64,000 bases of DNA from Lingula anatina (Eukaryota > Animalia > Brachiopoda). Positions 13,301 through 23,800 of the stretch are shown here, piece after piece. The notes beneath the pieces were generated by a model, which worked only from the letters and a program-made list of their open reading frames with translations, was not told where the DNA came from and did no database searches. Position 1 is the stretch's first letter; each line of letters begins with the position of its first letter. The translations under genes were made by a program, and so were the position numbers. The stretch covers positions 8,308,001 to 8,372,000 of the forward strand of contig CM120642.1 of NCBI GenBank assembly GCA_051362555.1, given 5' to 3'.

Positions 13301-15629
13301 TGGGGAGGATTGAAGGTAAGACTTGATATGATAACATGGGTGAACGTTTTTTGGATTATGCCCAATTGCAGGATTTTCAGTCTTTAATTTGATGTTTTTT
13401 TTTAAATATAATGATCTAAGTGCAATGATTTTCAGTTTTTACAACTTATGCCAATGTAATAATGATTATTATATTTGGACAAGCATTGTGAATTATATAT
13501 TTGTCAGTAAACCTTAAACACTATAAAAGAAGGAATAAAAACCAGTACAGGTTGCTTCGTAGTAACAGTGTGATGTCCAAATTGATGATTTTAAATATAT
13601 AAATGTTTCTAGGCTCTTGGCGTGGATGACCTGTTGACCACAGGCACTCTGGTAGCGGTCACTAACCTGCAGTGGAGGGGGGAGAGCAGGTCCAGTGTCC
13701 CTTGTTATTTTGCCAGTGAGATGTGCCACTTCACCACCAGACCTAAGGATGAACACTTGAAGAGTGCTGTAGAGAAGCTGCAGTCAGTTATATCTGTGAG
13801 TGTTAATTTTAGAAGCCTGCCCATTTGGGAAAATAGGTTTAGCCCAAAAGATTAACAGGATTAAAAATGACATCATGAAAAGCCTGACTAGTATATCTGT
13901 GAGTGTCAAGGTTTTAGAACAAATCCCATGTAAAAGAGAGTTTTTGAACAGCACCTTTTTGACCTTGAGTTAGATATCAAAAACATAAGCTAACGTTTAT
14001 GGTGCTATCCCATTGTCATTGATATGTATTTTGAGTCTATAGATTAAATGCATATGGTTTCAAACAGCAATTTCACCATCTGCAAAAGTCCCACTAACTT
14101 AAATTTAAGTTGATGACATTAAGTGGGTATTCTCCTATACACGTTATTGTTCACAAGAGTTTAGTACTAATATATTTTATCCCCATGTGTTTATTGTAAT
14201 CACAGTGCTGAGTCATTGTAATGGATGCTATACAAAACCACCTCTGTAATCTTTACTTTGGCACTGAAATTGACTGCAGTCCACATAAAGTTGATTTCTT
14301 GATTACATGCTGTGGACATGGCATAAATATTTTTAACTTATTGAAATAATGTTTCAATTTTAGTCACCAAAGCAGTTCATTAACGAGATGGAGAAGAAGT
14401 TGAGGACCATTGTATTTGGACAGCCTGTCCAGCAGAATGATGATATATCAGTGTCCAGTAAAAGCTCAAACTCTGTGGTCAAGGTATGTGGAGGGCAGCC
14501 TGGGCATAAAAGATTTTGTCCATATTTTACTGTAGAATTTGTATGACATGTGAATTTGTCTTAACTGATTGACATGAATGATAGCAAAGTTATAGCAGTT
14601 ACAGATGTCATAAAGCATGAATTTTGTATACGGTACAATGCTCTTTTTTTTTTTCAGATCCCATCCAGACCAAGGACCCCTGTAACCACATTTACACCAG
14701 TGAGACCATCTCCAGTACCAAAAACGTTACCATATTCTAAAACTGATTCTTCCACACCAAATTCAAGGTTCAGTCTTGACATGAAAAATACCCTCATGCA
14801 AGAAAGCTCTGAAGAGCAAGCAGACGATCCCCGCACAGCTCTTCAGCGCATGAAGGCAAGAAAGTTGGAACAGTATGGAGAACCCCCTCCAGTGTGTCCA
14901 CTGCCTGTTTCTGTTCCCTCAGCTCTGAAGCGAGGGTTTAGGGCCCCTGGTCTTAGAAGCAGTAGTCCAAGAAATCTACCTTTCATTTCAAGAACCTCAA
15001 GTAATGAGCAAATAAACATTGATGACAATAAAGTGAAAGAAAATACAGCCCCTGAAATTACCAACATGAAAAGAAAGGAATTTGACAATGTGGAAAGCCA
15101 AAGGAATGAGAATTGCCAAGAAGATGAAGAGGTCCTTGAAAGCTTGGTGAAAAATACTCCAAACCATAAAGGTGTTAGAGCAGAAGTGTCACATATGGAC
15201 CACATTCAAATTTCACAAGGATCCCCAAAGAATGGTCCAAAGGATGGAAATGAGAAGAACCTTCAGACTGGTCGCTGCAATACTGACATATGTGACAAAG
15301 ATGGTCAAGACTGTAAACAAAATGAATTTGAGAAAGAAGACAAAAAATTGTGTGAAGGACACTCCGCAGTCCCTAACATTGACTTAAAATCTCAACAAAT
15401 TTCAGATAAACCACAGAGCAATTCTTCATCTCAGGATTCTCAGATAACTAACCAAAGTTCCCAGCTAAGTCAACAGTCACCTAAGACTGCTTCAGGGAAA
15501 GCTAAGACGTCTAAGAGAAGACGGACAGCCACCCTGGAGACGATAGACTTTGACCAACTGATTTCTGTTCACGAGGGGGAAGGGATAGCGGAGAGGTGCA
15601 AAAAGCGACGTAGATCTACAAGATTATAA
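25..15629 (+). CDS. BRCA2: BRCA2, 3' part (DNA-binding domain to C-terminus); 5' end lies upstream of the window
   Basis: Exons 25-153, 1299-1370, 9199-9361, 9609-9767, 10130-10309, 10542-10695, 10942-11057, 11413-11532, 11900-11981, 12278-12377, 12583-12691, 12902-13008, 13234-13315, 13613-13795, 14364-14483, 14658-15629; all GT-AG and phase-compatible. The translation has BRCA2 hallmarks: [100 protein letters not shown]...EGKR, and C-terminal PPPVCP...GFRAP plus a basic tail. Confidence 0.97.
1745..6776 (-). CDS. NLR-family protein (DZIP3/hRUL138-like HEPN - CARD - NACHT - RI-like LRR), ~1194 aa, nested in a BRCA2 intron
   Basis: Coding exons 6776-6008, 5810-5502, 4545-4404, 4109-1745 join in frame (3585 nt) through GT-AG introns. 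Exon 1 is HEPN_DZIP3-like ([10 protein letters not shown]...QWGKLYP...[19 protein letters not shown]....ADVARV). Exon 2 is CARD-like ([21 protein letters not shown]...[19 protein letters not shown]). Exon 4 has Walker [10 protein letters not shown], Walker [19 protein letters not shown] and NLRC3-like LRRs ([29 protein letters not shown]). Confidence 0.92.
7553..7720 (-). promoter_or_regulatory. Putative 5' non-coding exon and promoter of the nested NLR gene
   Basis: A strong minus-strand donor (TAG|GTAAGT, exon ending at 7553) pairs with the acceptor ttttcag before 6811, 35 nt upstream of the ATG. The upstream boundary is uncertain. Confidence 0.45.
10321..10408. repeat. (CT)n-(GT)n-(GC)n compound microsatellite in a BRCA2 intron
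   Basis: Read directly from the sequence; it explains the VCVCVC/HTHTHT ORFs. Confidence 0.95.
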
Positions 15630-16203
15630 GGATCGATTGTTTTAAGATACAGGGTATATCTATTTGTTATATATTAATATAGTGCCAGCTTGGAAAATTA
15701 TTATAAGGTGCTTTCAAAACGAAAAACGCATTGTTTGAAAAAGAAGAATGGATGAAAAATGTATAGACTTAAAATTTAGATCAAAATGGAAAGGTATGTC
15801 ATTATAAACAGTCCTGGAGTTATAAAGTGGTTCCATCTTATATTGTCAGGTGCGTAATTGTAACGATGTTGATTTGACGGGAAATTATTCAATATACTGT
15901 GCAATGACAAACTTAAATTGGTAAAAAGGATATCAACGCACTTGTGTTGTATTTGCTTGTAATTATTATCAAGCTTGGAGATAATTATGCAACTTGTCAG
16001 CATATAATTTTTTTTTAATTATTTAAATTGTTCCTTAAATAATTCTCGTGTCCTTAAGTTGGCTTCTAGATAAAATTCAATTTTTAACATGTTCTGATGG
16101 TCCCCGACTGTTAATTGAACACTCATAAAGTTACGTTTTAAATTTCTCTTTAGCAGTTGTCATTAGAGTTGTACTCTACAATGTGCATTTTTACACTCTG
16201 TGT

Positions 16204-16209
16204 AATAAA
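16204..16209 (+). terminator. Candidate BRCA2 polyadenylation signal
   Basis: AATAAA ~575 nt after the stop codon, followed by T/GT-rich sequence. Confidence 0.5.
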
Positions 16210-16435
16210 GCGTTTTACGTCCAAATTTAATACCTCTTCTCTGTATTTTTTGACCGTGTAGGTGTGCTTGTACGGATCGAAATTCCAAAACAGTAAGCAT
16301 CTAAACTATTGTAAAATGTGTTCGAGGGATGGGGGTAATTTTTAAAGAAGGTTCGTGGCGCCAAATGATGATTCGATGAAAAATCGGTTCTTGAAGGCGT
16401 AAACTCTCTAAATAGTCTACATTTGCCTGTATCGG

Positions 16436-16660
16436 GAAATCAAATTAAATTTGATTGCAATCAATTTCCATTATTGCCATCGGCTGTTCCAGACCTGGGG
16501 GATGTCCAGACTGTGTACTAAATAGACAACACTTAACTATTACTGGAGGTGAGGTTTTGGGGAGGGTTAAAGATAAGACTTGATGCGGCAATTCGGGTGA
16601 AAGTTTTCAGAATGATGCCTAATTTCAGGATTTCCTGTCTTCATCTTGATTCCTTTTAAA
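16436..16660 (+). pseudogene. Decayed duplicate of BRCA2 exon 13234-13315 with its intron flanks
   Basis: Aligns by eye with ~13170-13410 (ttgattgcaat..aatttccatt..tgttccaga..gacaacact..ctggaggt..ttttggggagg..aag.taagacttgat..gggtgaa..caggattt). The donor GT has become AT and the copy contains stop codons. Confidence 0.85.
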
Positions 16661-17140
16661 ATGGTCTATGAGAAATTATGACTGAAATACGACTGGCGCC
16701 GCGAGCATTCTGTACAGTCGAGTGTAGAATACTACATGGAGTATCTTCTTCGGTACATAAATATTGTATCCGACACCCCGGTGAGCATCAAATTAAATTA
16801 CACGCCGGTCATTCTATAGCCAGAAGAATTAAAGACCTATATTACACCATAATAGGGTATTTTCGCTTTAAGTCTGTCTTTCTGTGTCCAGCGCGTCCAG
16901 TGTGGTGTTAAGTGACCCACGGTGCTATTGTAGTCGATGAAATGGTTGATGGGAAGAGCGGACATTCTCGTCCCATTTTGTGACTTTATTGGAACTTTAT
17001 TTGACACAGGGCGCCTTCCATATGGATGTATTGTTATTGCATGATGTCTAAAGATTTCAACCCTCAGCGGTGTCATACAAAACCCACTTGTTGCTGCAGT
17101 TAGGGTATTACCGAAGACGCAGGGTGCGAGAGCGTGTTAA

Positions 17141-17389
17141 AGCGCGACGCACACTGTGGCTGAGCAACGGTGCAAACTAGTGATCACGTTGAGAGATGAC
17201 AACTCACACCTCCTCACCTGTCATCTGATCATTTTTTATTTGTGTATTATTTTCTTTTTACTTTTTTCCCCTCAGCGGATGCGCGGGGAAGCTACATCTA
17301 TCTTGCGTTTCAGGTCTTGCACACCGCTCTGGTGGATCAAACCTCTCCAATCCGTTAGCTCAGCCAATGAGTGCAGTGTGTGTCGGGCT
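17141..17389. mobile_element. PIF/Harbinger-like MITE
   Basis: Imperfect TIRs agcgcgacgcacactg..tggctgagcaacgg / ccgttagctcagcca..cagtgtgtgtcgggct, flanked by TAA on both sides. Confidence 0.7.
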
Positions 17390-18431
17390 TAAGGTTCTCA
17401 TAATATGCTCCCCGATTATTGACTCGCGGATATCAATTTACCGGGACCTTCGTTATGAGTGGAAATGGCACCCACTACAATATGGTCATTAAACATGGGA
17501 GGCCACTTAACATAATAATAGATATGTTCATGGGGTTACATTAGAGTTAATTTAAACATTCCCCGGTCATTAGATTGGCCCTGGTCCCACCGGGAGAAAA
17601 CTACCGACATCGACATGTAATGGGGTGTATAATGCAGAGGTAGGCACTAGTGCACGAAGATCTACTAGATGATTATCACGGGAGAAGACTGGATTTGGCA
17701 TATACATGATATAACGTAATGTTTAACAAACATTCTATCGTGATAGTCTAAGCGATTAACGTAAGCGTAACACAATTTGAATGATATAAGAAAACTGATA
17801 CTTCTTTATGGTCTGAAATAATATGTTATACAAACGTAGTCTCGGCTCCGAATGCTGCACAAAAGTTAATTACCCCCTAGCAACTTCAGAGGGCGTGACA
17901 GACATTTAAGCCGCTTAAACTGAATGCAGTTTAACGAGAATCCCCTCGGAGTTAGAGCGATCCTGCTAGTACGACAGGTTTATGTGAACCCAGCCTCAGA
18001 CTGTTAAAAATGACAATTTATCAGGCAAAGACCTACCCCAATATAATAGTTTAAACTTTCATAAGCTGATCCCTAGTGTCTAAAACTCATATTAGAATTT
18101 CACCAACTAGAAATTTATACATTTTAACGAGAGCCAGGAGTAATAGGCCTATATCGAAAGAAACCAGTTATTTTGGTCGGAAAGTTTATATCTACTTGTT
18201 AAGTGACCACTCCTACTTGTATAGTTCTATTTAAGACCATCATTAATTTAGACGTGACTGTCAGTTATAAAGGTTATTCGGGACATTATGCTATTGCGCA
18301 AAAGATGCAGATGTCAGTGAGCAATTTGCAAAACAAAAACGTTTACATATGTTGAGTCATGATTAAATACATTTCAAAATGTTTGATAACCTGTTGTACG
18401 AAATACAAGCTTTTTTTTCAGAATAGGCCAC

Positions 18432-19520
18432 ACTTTTTTAATTTTATGGATGACATCCTGCGCGCGCACCGATTTTCGTCCGTTCTCCAAAAAAAAAAAA
18501 AAAAAATCCCCCCCCCCCCAAACCGCCCCCCCCCCCCCCCCCCCCCCCCAAAGGAAGTCGGTTGTCGCAAACATCGTTATTGAATTTGCCGGAAAATGCA
18601 ATCGGCAATTCTCTGCTAATTCCGCAAGCTCCATACTGTCATTGTCGACTGCGGAGACATCCGAGTAGTTCCGCGTGTGGAAAATGAGCTTTCTGCGCAT
18701 GCGTATTATCACCACATGGAAATATGGCCGTTTTGCCGTCAACTTCATCTCTAGCATTAATTTCAAAATACACGACAATTAAAGTCATAAAGAGAACGGG
18801 GGCCGTCGTTTTGGATTGGTTTGCCATTGATATTGGACATGGGGAGATATCACCCTTTTACAATTTTACGAAAGGCTGGCCACGGCCAGCAATTATCGCC
18901 CGGAAAATTTCAGTGACATTCTGTCCAAAGCAGCACATACCAGTTTCTTTTTGGAGCGAAAAAAGGGTCGACAAGAGCGTCGCGGTATTTGGTGGACTGA
19001 AGGTCGGACAGGCCACCCGATAGTTGGCTGCTAGCGTGTGAGTCGAAGTAGACAAAATGGCATCGACCGAAATTACCTTAGTAGTAGGAAGCATAGGCCT
19101 ATCTTTGCTTAATTTTTTTAACAATTCTGTGAAGTGTTTACAATGCTTTAATTTTCTGAGAGTACAAATAAAGACACGCTATTTATTTGATATTTGTTTT
19201 ATTGGTTTCTATACCAACAGAATGCATGAAATAACCTTAAATAGATTTGGTAATATGCAGCATATATATTCATGACTTTTTAGGCCTACCTTTCTACGAA
19301 GTAGGCCCTATTCACAATGCTTTAATATTTTGAGAGCATGGATAAAGACATGTTGTTAGTTTGATACGTGTTTCTGTGGTAAATAAGTGTTTCCAGCTGT
19401 GTACTGAAAACATAACTTTTCTTAAGCATTTTTTTTTTTTTGGACTGTTTTTTTTTTTTTTCGCCCGCTCGCACCGACTTTGGGGTCCCCAGAGGATGTC
19501 ATCCATAAAAATAAAAAAGT
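18432..19520. mobile_element. ~1.1-kb non-autonomous DNA-transposon-like element bounded by inverted repeats
   Basis: 28-bp inverted repeat with 27/28 identity: acttttttaattttatggatgacatcct (18432-18459) and aggatgtcatccataaaaataaaaaagt (19493-19520). Both ends share subterminal gcaccga/aagtcggt motifs and homopolymer tracts. No transposase ORF is present. Confidence 0.6.
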
Positions 19521-20880
19521 ACAGAAAAAACAAAGAAATCATCTGTATTTTCTCTCAAGGATGTCTATGTCAGAGAGAGCAACCAAGTCCGGTAAACGAG
19601 TCCCGTATTCCCACCTCCCCCTCCCCCTCCCCCTCCACATGCAGTCCCAACACACCCTATAGTTCTTCATATCGTTTCAGTGATTAAAAAATATTGCAAA
19701 AAGCGTTTTGGCTGCAAAATGCATGTTCGCGTTTTTCTCTGGTTTTAAAATGCGGCGCAGTTACAAATAAACGTCTCTGCTAACAGTAGTATCGCCGTGT
19801 CATGCAACCGACCGCACTTTGCAGAATACGTTTGGTTGCAAAATGTAGCGCTGTGTTGTCCGATGCGCCGCGACACGCGATTTAAACTGAATTCATATTG
19901 CCTGTCTTCACACGTGGACTTTTAGAACGGACGAGAAGCCTACCAAATGTGTGACTAAGACAAACGTTAAGTTGATTGCACTTCATCAAGCAGATAGAAA
20001 CGTACAAATTGAATAACGGAGGCCATAGCCAAGTTGACAGCTGAGCTTAATGTAGCACGTTTGTAAGTGACATGTTTGTGGAAAAGTAAATTTGAGTCGC
20101 ATCAAATGCCTTTGAATGTCCAGACATGGCGTCTTGAGCGGGTAACATTCGGGACAGGCCCCTGCTTGTGTGAACACATATACGTCTAAGTTATAACATT
20201 ATGTAAAGCAACCTGCAACATACGAGAAACAAGGGCGCAACGTTTGTGAATGCTTGCGATCCATCATGTCTCCGTGATAGTTGATATTATCTCAGTCCTG
20301 GCGTTCTAGGCCCACATTGTCTCATGTCATCTCCAATGCACATTACAGATGGCCCTCTTTACCTGCTCAGATGCGAGTCCCGATAAGACGGCAAACGAGA
20401 GTGGCTGGCTGAAATAATGGTAGCAGAAAAACACCCCCATAGAATTCTGTTTTCCATTCTAGGTCAACGTGACTCTTAATGTCCTCACGATAAGGACGGT
20501 TAAGAACAGGGATTGAAATTAATACTGATAAAGAGCAAGTTGTCAAGAGACACGGAAACCTCCAGAAACCAACCCACAGGTAAAGTGAAATGAATTAACG
20601 AACGCAGGAACACACCTGTAATCAACAGACGACATCACAGGTGACTGATAGGCACGACAAGCTGGACCACCTACACAATCAGCCATCGCCAACAGTTGTA
20701 AAAATTATACTCCTCTATCGTCTGTACTTTCTTTACGATACGGAATATATTTGCTCTGAAGTCATGACACAGGCGTGATATCAAATGTTGGATTTTAATG
20801 GACACTAGGACAATAGCGGCTGACAGGATTTGACCGCGTTAGTACAGGGGTGAGAATTTGGTTAAAGAGAAGATACATAA

Positions 20881-23800
20881 ATGATGATGAACAGCGAGCA
20901 AGAAGAAGAAGTATGGATCTTCGGACGCCTTGTAAGGCGGAATGGTGTAAACACAGGTAAGTTGAATCAAAACAAAGTTCTTTTTAATTAGGTGTCAGCA
21001 GTTGAATTCAAGACTGCTGCGGTCAGGAGAAAATGTGGGATACTATTAGTATGTTTACGATAAATACCGTACCACGTTGCCATGCATCATCCATTGTGGT
21101 AATAGAAGTATGTACATCTTTTTCTGTCCTGTATTTCTTTTTAAAAATAACATCATACATGTACATGTAACATCTGAAGAAAGTGGGACTTTTATTATTG
21201 AAGTAATTTTTTTAAACAGTGAAAGAACGTTATTGAAAAGACTGGAACATGGAGTCTGTAGAGGTTGTTCATGCATTGCGTTGTAAGTTTTTTTTATCGC
21301 TTCTTGTGTCACGCCTTCATTTATCGGAAAAACTCATCGCAAAAATGTCAGTTTATCCGTCAGACTGTGACAAAAAAACATCTTTTTGTGTTCCAATTTA
21401 TGGATATCTCTCTCGTTTTTTATTTCTTTTATTTTATTATTATTATTTTTTTTGTCGTAGTCTTCAATCTTTCACACAAATTCTTCTGGCGCTTAAAAGG
21501 AAAAAATAGCGAGATCTTCATTGTACGGTATTCACCTTCACTGGAAACACCCATCTCAATACTTTTTTCATTACAGCTGGCAACATCACTTATTTTTTAC
21601 ACATTACAATTATATATTATAAAGATACATTAATGCATATACACCCGTTGTTCAATGAAGAAATACATCATATCGTATCTCATTTACCACATAGGGAGCA
21701 GATAAAGTGCGAACAAAAACATAAATATGTATTTTAACATATCTGTATTAGTAACGCAGAACTATCAGTACGATAGGTATAAAAAATAATGCCCGAATGG
21801 TCGTTTTATTTATACGCAGTCTCAGTAAACGATATAAAATGTGTGTAAAAGGTGAAATATCAAATGAAAGGAAGTTTGAATGACAAGTTCGCACTTTTAA
21901 AAGTGTTGTTACATTAGGCGCTGCCGAGCAGGTCCATGGTGAGGTCTATGGATCGGAGATTTTATCTTCTTTTTCTTCATCTTCTTTTTCTTGTGGCATA
22001 CGGAAAACCAAGCCCATGCTCGCCACGACTTCTATTAGATTCTTACCTCAAACTTGCTGTAGCAAAAACAATGATGAATCGCCGTTATACACTTATGTAT
22101 CTGGGTGTACGAGGACACAGGAGTGAAACGACGTTTCTGACACAGGTTAACATTGACGTTCTTACTCTGAAGTCAGCATCGGCTTGTGATGAATTTTTTT
22201 GTCAGTTCCTTTCACAATTTAGTTATTTTTCAAGCTATGTGAAACTGACTTATGTTACTAGATAGTTTAAAACCTTCATCTCAGATTCAGAGAAAGATGA
22301 TCAACAATTCCCCTTTCTCAAAAGATAGCCGACGTAAGCATGCCACCGTCAGTTAGTTCAATTCATTTGGGTAATCTAATATAAGGCTCACACAGTTTTA
22401 TATTTAAGAAATCATTATACAAAAATGTCTATATAAAATATTTCACTAAGCGGGACATGTCATTACTATAATAATGATGTTCTCCGGTTTTGTTTAACAA
22501 TATGAATATCACCGGACAGTATATAGAGTAAAACAGGCTATTATTTTATACGACTTTTATGTAGATCGACATTAAATGGCGCACATTAGCAACTTATCTC
22601 TGTCTTTATACCATTAATTTTTACACGATGGGATGATAGCACGACCGCTTCAACATGAATCCTACGCTGACATACTCTCTTAAACTTCAACTTGGCACGT
22701 AATACTGTAGTAGGAACCACGAAAGACACGAGTGCTCTGATTAACGCTTATTTGAATAGGGCCACCCTTGCTGTCACTCCAATGATGGACGCTAAGTGGA
22801 CTTCTTTTCGAGACTGGATTTTCCACCCTTGGCCAGTCAGTTGTTGTAGTCTGAAAAGTTTGAGGATTATTGTTACGAACTTTTTTTTTTACAAAAGGCA
22901 CGTGTCGTAGGGGCCCACAATGGAAATTATGCTAAGGCAATTGGTCCTTAGGTGTCTCATATACTGGCATACGTCTGCACATGTACATGTATGTTGCCGT
23001 ACATATACATTACTTTAATTACGGTGACAGGCTTACAGGAATGTTACGCGTTTATCAGTGAGTTTATAAGACAAAATTTTTTTTAAATTATGCACCAGTT
23101 TTTTTAACCTATTGTTTACCTTCTTAAAGGTTATAACTGTGCTACTGAGTTATATAAGATGTAGCATATGATCTACAGTGAACTCACCAAGTCTGATTCA
23201 ATCACTGAATTATGTGATTCAATGGTATGTACAAATGTATTTTAGTGGCGGATGGAAAATTACATGTAACGTGATAACATAACGCCTTTCGCCGAGAACG
23301 ATAATCGGCAACTCCTCTTACATTATATGCTTCAAACAAAAATGCAAATTTGTGGAACGTTTAAATGATTTCGTTTAGTTGAAATGCCCTTTTGCACAAC
23401 GTTGATCTTATCAGCGAGGATGTATTACCATTACAACCCCCTCTCTCACGTTAACGAAAACCGCTCACGACCCTGACGTGCCCCCAGTGTTTTGCTTTTT
23501 GTAAGTTGTCTGCCCATGCGTAAGTATCTTTCAGTCAAGTTACATCCATATATGCATACCACTGTAAACTTTATATGATCTTATCATGGGTCTTTTTGAA
23601 AGAAACATCCAAGCTGAACACGCCATCTGTTAAGAACTCCTTTTTGAAGAAGGGATGGGGTGGACGAGGTGGGGGGGGGGGGGGGGGGGGGGAGATCAAC
23701 GATAGTGGATGGCGTACGTCCAACGTTTTGCTCGTGATGACTTATCTAATAGAAAAGAGAATAAATGATGACAGGGAGGTGTGACAACCTCCTCGACTGG

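Noticed and set aside
18359-18778. Poly-Pro, poly-Gly and poly-Lys ORFs
   Set aside because: They arise from homopolymer tracts inside a repeat element.
21936-22265. ORF with a signal-peptide-like start (MDRRFYLLFLHLLFLVAYG) as first exon of the PTP-like gene
   Set aside because: No convincing phase-1 donor was found to join exon 25713, and the hydrophobicity comes from a CTT-rich low-complexity tract. It is not excluded without transcripts.
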